Shown one piece after another: positions 22,705 to 35,951 of a stretch of 64,000 bases of DNA. Position numbers and translations under genes: made by a program. Under the pieces are notes generated by a model. That model saw nothing but the letters and a program-made list of their open reading frames with translations, did no database searches and was not told the origin of the DNA. The stretch is from the NCBI GenBank assembly GCA_010015585.1, contig ML975162.1; one strand, written 5' to 3'. Positions within the stretch are counted from its first letter, which is position 1. Each line of letters begins with the position of its first letter. This DNA comes from Eremomyces bilateralis CBS 781.70 (lineage: Eukaryota).

Positions 22705-25700
22705 GAGGAATTAAATTCAGGTCGGGTCCCCTGCCTGCAAACTTGTCTCCAACAGGTCCTATTGATCTATTGAGGGCCTATATTCACTTTCTTCAATACA
22801 TTTCAGAGATTACGCTATGGATAGGCAGATTTGTGATAGTAGTTTCAGGGTCAGGCAACAAAGTCTTATTGTTGTCTGGCTGAACAATATATTACATTCT
22901 GGACTCTGAGCAACAGGCAGTTCTCCGAATAGGACACTAAGTACGGACTTGATAAAACTGATTAATGAGTCTCATTTGCAGCCTTCTATTCAATATATTC
23001 TGAGACTATTGATGGGTGATATACTACAGCCGTGCTGCTCAACGCATAGATTCATCCAACATGAATAGGGAATTTGGTATTTTTTACGCTCCTATTAACG
23101 AGCGTAGAGAACTTGTAAGGTAAACCAATCACCAGTAGAGCCCGGATTAGACAAATGTGCTACGTTTACTGAAATCGATATAATCAATGAATAAACAACA
23201 CTGGAGCCACTGAATATTGTAACCCTGGCAGGCAGCGGCTATTATGCCAGCTTATATTCTTATTGCTGTATCCAAAAAAGTGAACGGAAATGGACATCTC
23301 GCAGAAGCAAACTGTTAATGAAATTTCTCTCTGGCTATACACTTTTGCTTGTTTTAGAGATCTTGGGGTGGGAAGTTTCCTACCGGTAGGTATTGGGCCA
23401 ATTTTATGAGACGCACTTACGCACCTTGAATATAGTCTCTTATTTTCGAAGGGATTGCTGAATCGTTGGGCTATTGCCCAGTTATGATATCGAGGCTTCG
23501 TCGCAGTAATTATATATATTCAGTGCATATCATTGGACAATGGAAATATATTGCCGTTTTTATGGGATAGAGGATTACGTGTAGTTAAGGAAATTAAATG
23601 AAACTGTAGAATTCTAGTGAGAAGACGAAGAAATGGCAAGGCTGGAAGAAAGCATTGAGACTTGGTACAAATGAATCTCGTCAGTTAAAACAGTCGATCC
23701 TAACTACGGCCAGGACAGGGAAACGGCTGTAGTACGCATGGATTGTTTTCGGGCTGTTCATAGTCACCCTTGATCCTGGGGGATACGGATCGGAATCTCG
23801 CTCTTCTCCTAGTCAAGGAACGTCCCATCGACCCCCCTTATAGACGGTTATAATAGAGGCGACTACTATATCCATGATTTAGCGCCCTCATAGCCAAATC
23901 AAGTTGCTGTTCTTAAAAATATGGAGCACCGTCGTACTGTGTGGAAGCGGTTTTTATAATTTATAGAGCCAATGCGGTGACCTTCGCATATGCGGGAGCC
24001 AACTGCAACAAAGACGTTTTGACACTACGCTACCCGAGCAGATATTTTAGACCCCCGCTTACTCCAGCCACGCGCACAACGCAAAGAATTATAAGGACAT
24101 TATCGCTCGACCTTTCCAAGGGATTACAACTGTCCAGTCCGCGGAAAGGGGGTCTCGTGTTGCCAAGACGCCTCTCTCTGCAGCTGTGTACGCTGCAAGT
24201 GCCGGGTCACAGGTGGATCATTAGCCAAGAGATCCGGTTGGATGGTTATCAGACACGCCGCCGCACGGACAATGTTTAAGCTCTGGCCCGTTCCTTACTG
24301 CCATTGGAACTGATGGAGATCGCCTCACTTTCTCGTGGCGCGAGAAGTGACTTCTGCAGATCTGGTCATCTGGGTATGTGATTCTGCCTGCACGGTGTAG
24401 AAGCCCTCGCGAAGGGATGATAAGAAAGATATTCCCGTTGAGAGTACACTTGGATGGTCGGCCAATCCAAGGAGGTTAGATAGATCTGTTTGAACCATTG
24501 CTCTCCGAAAATCAGGAGGGAGGTGTTGCTGGAAAGGCAACACTGTCCACTTATAATCGGATCCACTTTTGGTGATGCTTCATGCATCAGCTTATTGGCT
24601 ATTAATACAAAAGTATAAGGACCGACATTCGATAGGTCACAGGACAAAGTCATGTCTCACTCACTCCGGGCCGGGCCACTGCTGGATCTATCTGGATGGT
24701 ACTGCTGCGGTTGAAACGAAGTGTCTGGATCCAATTCTTGAGGGCCAATGGTGGTCCATCGTCTCAAAGCCATGAGGATTTCCGGTCAGCTCGATTGGTA
24801 ACGTATGACGGTATGAGTGATTTCCCCCCCCAGAGTGTTGCTCGTCATGAAAATTGGTCCCGTACTTGTTCGATTTAACTTGAGATACAAACCGGAAAAC
24901 AACGTACCTGAAATAAAAACGTCGTTTCATAGTGCTTTCCTTCCATGAAATCTCAACAGGACGTCACAGTTTTGGGCGACTTCACCCTGGCACCACCAGT
25001 CGAACCCGAGTGGTCAAATTCAACCGGAACACAACGTTAATATGTCCTTGAAAGTTTAAACGGTTGTTCGTTCCAAAACCTGCTGGGCGCTGCGCCACTG
25101 CGTGGTGGTCTCAACTCACTCTCACCGCGATATGCAGCAAGGCAACTTGATCCCTGTGGGTTGGTGCGGGTCTTCTCCCCGACAACTGACGTGCATGAGA
25201 TCAGCTCCAATAACTTTCCAATAAGTTAGAAGCTCCAGGAACACGTCCAGTACAAGTTGACCGCCGACAGAAATGAAGGTATGGTTCGTCCACTGGTCTA
25301 GCAACATGTCATTCGCTGACGACACAACTATGATGACGTTGCGCAACAACAAATCCGTAGTTCGCAGGTCTCTCATATAAACCGAGCGTAAGGTGAACAG
25401 GGATCACGGGCACTATGGTGCCCACTGCCCAGGAGGCAATCAATCCTCGAACTCGGGATTCTGTTGATTTCTTGAACGTTCGACGATAAATTTGCCGTGG
25501 GGGAGAGTCGTGGACGTGTTACAACCGCTCGTTTGTTTCTGCCACTGAATATTGCTTTGGTTCCATGGGCTGCTCTGTCGAATACTTGATTGTGACTCGT
25601 TCCTAGCTATTTTTTGTTTTTCCCACTGATTTTCGTAAGGCTGGTGGAACGTCAGGTGCCGACCACCGTGATATTACGGTTCTAATATGTTTGAAATGGT

Positions 25701-27758
25701 CAAATATATGTCGCGGGCGACTTCCAATAGCCCTTGTACGAGGGGTTTGGTATTACTCAGGTCTTGATGAAGGTGTACATTCTTTTCTTTCGCGTATCGA
25801 TTGAGCAGCTAATCGTTCATCATTCGCTAAGTTGGTACTTTTCATAGATCGTCCCCCTGGGCCGGAATTATAAACGTGCTTGTCATAAGACTCCAAACCC
25901 GCCCAGTTATAACTTTTGATAAGACCAGTATCCGAACGAATATTAGTCCAAAAACAGGACATGGAAAAAGAGGAATGAAGGCAGACCCGCAAAGATGGGT
26001 TGGAGTGAAGGACTTAACAGCCGAAGCACCTGTCCCGAGCAGTGGAGACAGGTTCTTCCTGTTTTTGGTGGTAACGAGAGGGTTAGGATTGTTCCAAGGA
26101 ATAAAGAATGGTCTAGGTGGTCCATCCAACCGAAATAGCGTTCCCTTCGCATTGTACTGCATTCCAGTCAGTTGGAGGTTCGGGTGTAGCAGGTGGATAA
26201 TCCAGCGATCAGTAAAGGTGCATACCTACAAAGCTGAGGGTGTCAAAGGTTGCGGACTCTTGGCTACACATCCTCTGGCGGCCCGGTACGTCGACCGTTT
26301 TCTTGAGAGGCGTGAGTGGCACGTCCATCGTTTCCACCTTGCGAGGTGGGACTGGTATGGCTCTCGGGAGGAGGGGATGGTGTTTGCTGATGTTGTGTAG
26401 GTTCTTGAGGGTTTGCTTGACCCAGCCTGTTTCGCACTATGGCCTGCTGGTCCTCAAGTTCCTCTTCTACGGTAGAATGTGAATATACGTGATCTTTCTA
26501 ACTAGTAGGATACTGAAGAACTGACCATCGTCCCTAATGGGAGTTATGTATTTGCGGTAGCCGCTAGCCATGATGCAAACGATGGGGAGAAACGGGTTGG
26601 AAATTGGTAAAGGATAGACTTAAGGAACCACAGCTTAAGTACGGAACACCGCAAATAAATAGCAGCCGATGATCAGATGTAACAGACAGAAATCAGGAAT
26701 TTTCGAACGAAGTGAGGAGCGGACGGAGAGGACAGAAGGAAGAGATAAAAGTCCAATATTCGCGTGTTCTGAGGGGTGCGGTTGGCGAGGTATGAGCATG
26801 ATTCAGGGTTATGGCTGTGGCCAGCAGTCCAGGCCAGGCCTCAGCAGGGGCAAGACACTGCCTTTCTCTCTTGATGCTTTCAACGTACCTTTAAAGTCTT
26901 TCTATTCCTCCTGGACCATTCCGTCTCCAACTGAAAGTGGGCATCGCTAGAAATCTGGGGCGAGAGGGAGAGCGTGGCTTTTGAACGAATGCTCGCCGTC
27001 CTTTCAGAGACAAGTTCCTGAATCCGCGTGCCGTTTCCCAGCCGGCGTCATACCGTGTGCTGCCGCCTGGCTACCCTTGACCTTTAGGGAATATCTGCCA
27101 CCACCTGGAGTTTATCGAATGCATTGAATGATGTTGGCAGGAACATGAAGAGGGTGGAGATTTGTAGTTTGGATTTTTGGAACATGATCTGATTGTTCCC
27201 TTTATCGTGAGCAAGTATTCACACCGTTTTTCGGGCATGAAGAGGTACGGAGAAAAGGCAAACATCGATTGACGGAATTTGAACGCCACTAACGATAATG
27301 TAGAAAATATTGAGAATACATCAAGAAGGTCGATTGCTACACAAACTGAGAGACGGCCGTTACAAAGAGCAGGTAATCTTCGGGTCTTAAGATGGTACTC
27401 ATCCACTCGTTCGCCGAGGTTCTTGGTAGTCACCGCAGCTCGCAGCATCTCAACTCAAGCCAAAGAATAACTCTTGAAGACAAATAAGGGCGATAACTGG
27501 AACATATGAATTTAAAGGAGATCTTCAACTGAAGCGAACATAAAAAGGGACGGACCGAGTATGAAAGAAAAGCGGCATCCGCCAACGAACGGCGCCAAAC
27601 TCGGCAGCTAGCTATCAGGGTTTGGCGTCGCTAAAGCAAGGATGAGATGCTATCTTACAGGACCAATGCTGCAGCCGATGTTTCGACAGCGGCACAGCAC
27701 TTAATCCTGCAAGAGTGTAAGTGGATAGATGCTATCCTTTGTGGCATACGTTCGATGC

Positions 27759-28869
27759 TCAGCTGCTATCTGGACCAGAGTTCACAGAGGGCATGGCCAG
27801 CAATGCTGAGAGTAACCTGCTGACATATTAGATCGATATCATTCTGGGGTCACATGGTGTATGACGCACGTCGCAATTACCACGTATATCTCGAACCGCT
27901 CGGTATTGGGCTTGGAAAAGAGGATGATACACGCAGTACATCCAACAACAGGACCAGCAACCGCCCACATTCTTTCGTCGATCGAGCCACTCTGCCGAAC
28001 GCGACTCAACCCCCAAAAGATGATTAGCAAGGCCGCCACAATGCTAGCCATCCTTACACAGAAGGCGATGGTTTCTCTGTTGTATTCAGATTCCCTGAGC
28101 TTCATCTCTTTTGGTGCCCATGGCCGTTTGTCCCATATGTACTCTCTATATGGGAGCCCACTGAACAAAATGTTTGAAAGGGGTTCCAACGGCGGCAAAG
28201 GGGTATAAGCCCGAAGGTCCGAGGCTGGGGAACCTTTTCGGTCTCCGAGAGTATGGTTCAAGTATTCCAGTTCTTTCTGTGGTGCTTTACCGATCGATCC
28301 GGCTCTAGCGGAGAGTAGCCATGTTTTATGAGATTTCAGTTCTCGCGAGTTTGGGTGTGGGACTTCAGCGAGGTTCCGGATTCCTTGGTTTATGAGGTCT
28401 TTCGTTCGGTCAGCATCACCACTAGGTAAGTTTCGGTTGGTACCGCCGATACCTACCATATTCCTTCAGCGTTTCCCTCACGACACGGAACTCGTGATCT
28501 AGTTCCCTCTGCGCTACATCTTGAGCTTATGTACCATGTAAGCAGCGTATTGACAGAGGCGGTTGATGCGAAGGCTAGTCTTACCGTGGCCTGTAACTGT
28601 TGTGTCTTCAACTTTCCGCGACAAGTCAAATATCTTCCTCTCGGACTCTCGGAGTTTCTGTCCATCATGATATGCTAGGATGTATCGCACAACTTCATAT
28701 CCTCGAAAGTGAGCTTCGTAAGGAACTCTTTGTAGTCTCTTTGCTGTTCGTGGGAAGCCAGGTGGGAGATCTTCCTGTTGTTCGTAATGTCACATGCATC
28801 AGCTGCCACCTCCTCACCACAAAGTCGGATAGGGATACCAACCTCCTGATTGGGCGATATGGTCCCCAT
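27759..28869 (-). CDS. Divergent DUF6594-like membrane protein, 290 aa (exons 28869-28843, 28774-28585, 28525-28457, 28398-27870, 27816-27759)
   Basis: Four GT..AG introns give an 873-nt CDS: MGTISPNQEEDLPPGFPRTAKRLQ...HFRGYEVVRY...RETLKEYDLINQGIRNLAEVPHPNSRELKSHKTWL...TM helices...RFEIYVVIATLLSALLAM. The motif order (GyPrlA, L.eY, P..r....WL, terminal 'ei...tA' helix) recalls DUF6594. Confidence 0.7.
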
Positions 28870-30015
28870 GTCTTTTTTGAGAAGTATCAATAATACTTCA
28901 ATGTTTATTCAATTATTGGTTCCCTTCTCTGAGTCTTTCAAATTCTCAGTCAGTTGATTGTAGTGTTTGAAGTCCAAGACCTTGAAGTGTCCCGCATTCG
29001 TTGGCCATTGACGATGATATATACTCCAAGTCAAGCACTTCCAAGATACTCTCACATTCACTCCAGCACCGGTATTTTCTATGAGACCACATCATGCCCT
29101 GCAATGCATTCGAGCGGGAGGGCCGGCCCTCTGCCGCCTGCCGAGAAGAAGGCAACCTTATTGCCCTAGCACAGTTATGCACGCGCGGCAGAGCAGTCTA
29201 GTCAACTCCGGGGATTCTGTCCAAAGAATCGCAGTTCCAGCTGTCCGGTCTACCATCAGCTGCAGAGGATTGTGTTGGATCAGCGGTTGTGACGATGCCG
29301 TGAAGCTGGCCGACCATGGCTATAATGGGCAGTGTCCCATCATGTTGTGAGGAACCTTTATCAACCTTCTACAGTCTATATTTCCTCACAATCTCGGATA
29401 TTTAATCTAGTTTAGCTTCGAAGGTTTAGGTTGACGTCAGGTTCGCTTTCTGATAAGTATATGAACATCTCATTCTCAGAAGAAAGACCTGTGACCCTCC
29501 AAGAGAAGGATGACAGAGTCACCGAGTTTTCTTACCTCTATCCCGTGTTAGTGTGCCTGAGAGCGATTTCCATTGGACCGCTATCGTCCATCAGGATCGT
29601 TGTTGCCTTCCAACAGTTAACACCTAAGAAGCCAGTAACTGCGAATAGAACACAGTATCAGACCTCCTATTTGGAATCCTTCAAGCAACCATGATGCAAG
29701 AGGTCTGCCTTGGGCTCCCGTGAGTCTATCTGGAGGCTCAACTAACTCCTTCTTACCAGTCAAGGCATCTTGATGGCAATACAGCTCATCTGCGATGCAT
29801 AACAGACTAACCGGAGGAATTAAAAGCCGTCTATGATGCTGCACGTCCGAAGGGGGTCATGACCCTGACCATGATCGGCGCGAGCGAAAGGAGTTTGACA
29901 TTTGTCATGAGGTCGGGATGCGATATGTCCTAAGCGGCAAAGCAGCATTCGATTATGCATAGTCTCGCGACTGGAGCTATCTATAGACGGGGCAGCTAAC
30001 CGGTCAAGATGCTTC

Positions 30016-31592
30016 TCAAGGGACATCGTCATCCCCAAATCCAAACGAGAAGCTACCACCATCGACCTCTGTCGCTTTTACCAACCGCTCCCATCTTCCT
30101 TGCCCACCCTTCCTCTTCTCCAGGACGGCTAACGCATCCTCTAGAACTGCCGGGCAACTTTCCCGCAGGCGCGCCACGAACGTCTCGTATGGATCGCTCA
30201 CCGTCTCCGAAAACCCGCTCACCTGTTCCGGCGAGTCCCTCATGAACGCCAGCACATCAGGCAACTTGCTCTCGGGCACGAAATTCTGTGTCACCGCGAT
30301 GCCATCCTCCAGGTTAACGACCATGTGGAACCAGCCTGCCGGGACATGCAGAACCTCTCCAGCATGACAAATCCCTTCTCGACAGCCGGGCGTTCGTCGG
30401 GCGATCTCGTGGAAGGTGAGGAGATACTCGGCGATGCTCAGGGGCGCGGTCACTTCGGCGCCGTCGGAGGTTACAAACACACCGGGAGGTGGAGTATTTG
30501 ATGAGGATGGAAACATAAGCCAATATTTGGAGCCGGTTATCACAGCGTTCCAGGCAGAGGTATTGTTAGGGTCCTTATGGAAAGTGCTGCCGCTCCGTGC
30601 TGGACCTATGATGAGCCATCGGTGATGTGGTCGGTCCGAACCGAGGAGAGTAAAGAGATCTGGGCCGAAACAGGACGGAGGGGAGTAATCCAAGGCTTGG
30701 GTCTTGTTGCTGTCGATTGAAAGATTCATCTTCTCGGCAAAATCATGGTCGAAGAGGTACAAGGGGCTCTCATCGTTATTGTCCTTCATGTAGTCGACGT
30801 ACTTTTCCAGTGGCCAGTCCACAGCTTCGGCTCGAAATATGATGTCTCTGTGCTTTTCAAGGAGTGTCTCCACCGACCATTCTTGATAGATGGGCCATTG
30901 TTTCACTGGCTCGGTTAAAATGAATGGTTTATGCTGCCACTCCCCAGAGTACTCCTCAAATGACAGGTCTGAGAGACGAGGGACCTCATTTCCTGATGGA
31001 ATGTTGGACACAAATTCAGGAACATTAATGCAAGCACACTGATAAGGGCGGTATAAAGCATCAGCAAACACGTTGCTGCAGTCGATGGCACTGGCTTTGG
31101 CTTGTGGGAGCCCAAGCAATGTGTTTCTCCATGAACCGTGCCATTTGAAGTTTGAGTGACCTTGTCTATATTACCTGTAAGCAGCAGTTCGGACTAGGTA
31201 ATATATAATTTACAGGTAAGGCAGCGAGAGACTGGCGCAACCCCTGACCTGACATACCTAATAAACAAGTCTCGCCAAAGCTCATCATGCCTCGTGAACG
31301 CATATAAGAATTTGCAAGTCCTTCCCAGCCCTGCTAGATCTCCAGGGCTCAAGATTTCGAGCAGACTCATTAGCAATTCGTCTTCTAGTCGCTGGAATGC
31401 CCCTGCACCTGCTTTCAAGTTGGTTCTCGATGTGTAAGCATTCCCAGATGGGCGAATTCTTAGAGGATGAGGCTTCACTCCCGACTCAAGGCCATCACCA
31501 GTATGAACATCATTTACAGGGGATGGCCTTACTCGTTTTGATGGACGTTCTTCCAGTAATATCGCTGTCGTTGTTCCGTCAATCTGTGGCAT
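30016..31592 (-). CDS. F-box and JmjC-domain protein, JMJD6-like 2OG/Fe(II) oxygenase (exons 31592-31258, 31165-30016)
   Basis: F-box LEDELLMSLLEILSPGDLAGLGRTCKFLYAF..DELWRDL. JmjC core ESPLYLFD, RWLIIGPARSGSTFHKDPN (HxD), AWNAVITGSKYW, VPAGWFHMVVNL (distal His). Confidence 0.93.
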
Positions 31593-32118
31593 TTTTGGAG
31601 GGCAGTGCCAACCGTTTCGAGCAGCAGTATGGCTGGAACGATTGGTATGACTCTAGCAGTGACTTATTATTGACTCATCGTAGTCATACACCACCAATCC
31701 ATGCATTCACCAGAAGATTTGCCAAAAAATTCACGGGCAAATTAATGTGGCGAACTTTTCCTGAACTTTTCCTAAACTTTCCTTGATCTCAGGGTCCTAG
31801 AATTGTACCGAACACAAGTGGATCACGTGAGGCCCTGTCAGCCCACGGCCCATGCGACGAATTTTCTGTCAAAGTTCCAACAACGCCTCGACCATTTTCA
31901 ATCCTTCACTTTTCCACACCTCAAATTATCAAACACAACACCATCCATTTTCCAGCGGCTCTTATAGAAAAGAGTCCGTTTCAGAACCCGTCTTCTTTCA
32001 GAAATCACTTAGTGGGGCTCGTCTGCCAGACCTGCACCCGCTCTTTGCTCAGGCTCTTTCTACCGTTCTATCACGACTACAGCGGGTTCGCTTGTAGTCT
32101 TCGTTTTCCAGCGCAATC

Positions 32119-33074
32119 ATGGCTGACGCTAAAGGTCTCGAGGAGATCCCCGAGGGTACGTTTGATGCGATATTTCATCAGATTACGATATATGGTTGAT
32201 CCTGGATCGATTTTGATTCGATAATGCCAACTCAGCGTGTCTCGATATGATGGAAAACTGACAGCGCTCGCTCCACAGGACAGATCGAGAGCAACTACGA
32301 TGAGACCACCGACAGCTTCGATGCGATGAACCTGAAGCCGGAGTTGCTTCGTGGTGTCTACGCCTACGGTTTCGAGCGACCCTCTGCCATCCAGCAGCGT
32401 GCGATCATGCCCGTTATCAAGGGTGAGTCCTAACCCACAAACAATCAATTTCCCCAAGCAAATCCTGATAATTTTGGCTAGGCAATGATGTTATCGCCCA
32501 GGCTCAGTCTGGTACCGGTAAAACCGCTACTTTCTCCGTTTCCGTCCTCCAGAAGTTGGACCCCAATATCAAGCATTGCCAGGCCTTGATCCTCGCTCCC
32601 ACCCGTGAGCTGGCCCAGCAGATCCAGAAAGTCGTTGTTGCCATTGGCGACTTCATGAACATTGAGTGCCATGCCTGCATTGGTGGTACCAGCGTTCGTG
32701 ACGACATGAAGATCATCTCCGAGGGTGTCCAGGTCATCGTCGGCACTCCTGGCCGTGTCCAGGACATGATCCAGCGTCGTGCTCTCAAGACCGATACCAT
32801 CAAGATGTTCGTTCTTGACGAGGCTGATGAGATGTTGTCGCGCGGTTTCACCGAGCAGATCTACGACATCTTCCAGCTCCTCCCGCAGTCCACCCAGGTG
32901 GTTCTGCTCTCTGCTACCATGCCCCAGGACGTCCTTGAGGTCACCACCAAGTTCATGCGCGACCCCATCCGCATCCTTGTCAAGAAGGCTGAATTGACCC
33001 TCGAGGGAATCAAGCAGTTTTATATTGCCGTTGAGAAGGAAGATTGGAAGCTCGACACACTCTCCGACTTGTAT

Positions 33075-33110
<36 letters not shown>

Positions 33111-33547
33111 AACACCCGGAGAAAGGTTGACTGGCTCACCGACAAGCTCACGGCTCGTGACTTCACCGTCTCCGCCATGCACGGTGACATGGACCAGGCT
33201 GCTCGTGATGTTATCATGAAGGAGTTCCGCTCCGGATCTTCGCGTGTCCTGATCGCCACCGATCTTCTTGCCCGTGGTATTGATGTCCAGCAAGTCTCCC
33301 TGGTCATCAACTACGATATTCCATCCAACCGCGAGAACTACATCCATCGCATCGGTCGTGGTGGTCGATTCGGCCGAAAGGGTGTTGCGATCAACTTCGT
33401 TACGGCTGACGATGTCCGCATGATGAGGGAAATCGAGCAGTTCTACAGCACTCAAATCGAGGAAATGCCCATGAACGTTGCCGGTACGTTTTGATTCATC
33501 CATTCTATTTGTTGATCTTTGCTAATTTGCCTCCAGATCTCATCTAA
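32119..33547 (+). CDS. TIF1: ATP-dependent DEAD-box RNA helicase eIF4A (4 exons; introns 32156-32278, 32423-32480, ~33485-33536)
   Basis: [58 protein letters not shown]-terminus [11 protein letters not shown]. Confidence 0.98.
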
Positions 33548-34574
33548 TGATATCATGATTCATGACCATTGGCAAAGGGATGCCATTCGAATACAGTGGT
33601 GTTTGCGGCATTATGCCTTTGCTAAGGGGTTTGGATTGGAAATGATGCGAGCCGTGGCAGCAAGCATCACGGCCTTGCTGTCGGGCTTAAAAAGTGGTTG
33701 TTGATGCCAATGAACAGTAATAGTGGTCGCGAGCATTCACGTTCCGGCGTTTGATTGAGAAGTTCTCTCTTCCAATTTTCCTTGTTGCTGTTCATCCGCT
33801 TCGTTTCTCTTTTTCCCTTTTTTCCTTAGTTCCGTATCATGCTAGAACTGGGTGGGGATCGTGGTTCACCGTCTGGTGTGCGCCATCGGTGCGAGGGCCT
33901 TCGGTCCTATTTCTCTTTTCTATATCTTGTGGACATTGCAATCAATGAAGGTGCACTTGACCCGATGACGTTGGTGCTTGTTTTGAAGTCGTGATTTACC
34001 ATGTGATTGAATCGATTTTCTCGCTTGTTGATTACCATGACCAACGGCTGTCCAGTTAGTCCAGCTACCAAAATACCCAAGCATCTCTGGCCTGGCGGTT
34101 TCCAAAAGGATAGTAGAGCTGCTCATAGAAACCTCTCAGAGTAGAGATAATTCGAAAACGCCATCTCGAGTAGACGGGCAGTAATTGAAGCCAAAGACCG
34201 ACCATATGTAACGGACGGCAAGAACATCGTCATGGTTGTCGATGGCGCCTTCTTTTCCTATCACTGCCGAGTCAACACATTCACGTTGTTTTTCTCCTCT
34301 GCAAATCCGATGCATCACTTGATCAGGACATGGAGTCTATAACCCACTCATTCTTCTTATTCCTTAAGTGGCTATTTTTTGAGGTACCCGTTCGTCGTTA
34401 ACAGTGATCAATTGAAGTGATTGTTTACTATCATATTGTTTGTTGATGTTAGCTGCCAGACCTGAGATATCAGCTGGCTCTGCCGATTACTGTAACAATA
34501 CGATATCAGCCATCGTGCTCGGCATTGAAGACAACCAGAACGCTTTTTAAAACGGCCGCATACTACTGATCGCG

Positions 34575-35881
34575 ATGGATACCGCCGAATCTGTCCCTGA
34601 CGTGCGGTCTGACACTGCAACTGAGCTCGATCCACACCCTGGCACTCACGGATGCCCAGAGGAATCCGACTCGACCTACCCTTCACAGCTTCTCTGGGCC
34701 TTCCAGCTGAAGCGACAGCATGCGAATCATATCGAGAAGACCCTTGCGATCGAGATGCGACTGAATACATACGACATTGACCTCAAGTCACTGAAAGGGA
34801 AGGTCGACAGACAGACGGCCGCCTCCAAAGAGAAACACGGTACCGCGCAGGCATTGAAGAAGCTAGAGGAGCTGCAGCAATCACTGAAGGACGAGCTGGG
34901 GGAATTCAGGGTTAAGGTGGAAGCACAACAGAAGACTTGGAACCAGAATATTGAGCAACTGAAGGGCATGCTGGAAAAGCTGCAGGGCAAGCAGGAGGAT
35001 TCGGAGGGGAACTTGCATGAGTTCGAGATTGATCTCGTAGCGACCCAAAGCCGTCTTGCCAATATCGAGGCCAGCACAAGCGACCAAGAGGGAAGCGTTC
35101 TTCCGAGGAAGAACGACAAGACTGATGCCGTCGTTATGACCCGGAGGATCGATGCAGTTGAGGCAAACCTACGCATTTTCGAGGCGCAACGCCGCGCGGA
35201 TTCAGAGACAATTGAGCAATTGAAGATCCGGCTTGCACAATTCCACTCCCAGAACCAACGCCCGAGCAAGGAGGAAGCTCAGGCGGCGAAGACGCCACTG
35301 TTTCCGGAATCAAGCCCATCAAGGATTGCATCATCAGCGCTCGTTAGTCCGCTGGTGTTGAAGCAACATCGAAGGTAAGACTGACTTCAAAGGATATGAA
35401 AACATTATATTGACTCTAATATCCATCTAGTGCGGGTCCTCGCCTCATTCACGGCGGCAGAAAGGACATCAAGATTAATGCTCACCGCTTGCGGCGTTCA
35501 GCTCGACTTGCCAAAGGAAGAAGCAAGTCGACCTCGGAGATTGTCCGTTTCGTCAACTGGGGCTTGAAAAGGAACACATATCGTGGGTTGAAGTCAATCG
35601 AAAGGACATGTCCCAAGGCCACACCAGACAGAAGGCTCCTGGCAGACGGACACGAAGCGGAATGCAACGGAAATGAAGCTCAACATCATCAAAATAGTAT
35701 CCAAACAGCCGGGACAGAGCCAAACATTTCAATGATTCAGGACGCTGCAACCACTCAACATCAATCCACCACACCCTCCCACCACGATCCAATGAAACCT
35801 ACTCGTTTCTGGCCACAAAGCGTCCAGCGCAAACGTCGATTCCTGGAGATTCTGCAGAGCCCACCGGTGGCGTCGCACTAA
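34575..35881 (+). CDS. Hypothetical coiled-coil protein (exons 34575-35374, 35431-35881)
   Basis: A canonical intron at 35375-35430 joins the 267-aa and 130-aa ORFs in frame. Heptad-like E/K/Q/L region followed by a basic tail containing RRSARLAK. Confidence 0.7.
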
Positions 35882-35951
35882 ACCTCAGGCCATCCATAAC
35901 CTCGAAATCTAGTCGGCGCATCCATGGACCAAGCAAAGGCGACTCAAATTT

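Noticed and set aside
23050..23110. Two short hairpins (ATTCAT..ATGAAT, TACGCTC..GAGCGTA) as a Helitron or MITE end
   Set aside because: No CTRR terminus, terminal inverted repeats or target-site duplication seen.
32156..32278. TPP riboswitch- or snoRNA-like words in eIF4A intron 1 (TGAT..GATAATGCC, ATGATGG..CTGA)
   Set aside because: The TPP CTGAGA core and pairing are missing; the CTGAC is the branch point.
32478..33503. 341-aa antisense ORF over eIF4A
   Set aside because: Shadow ORF expected from strong codon bias on the sense strand; no independent coding signal.
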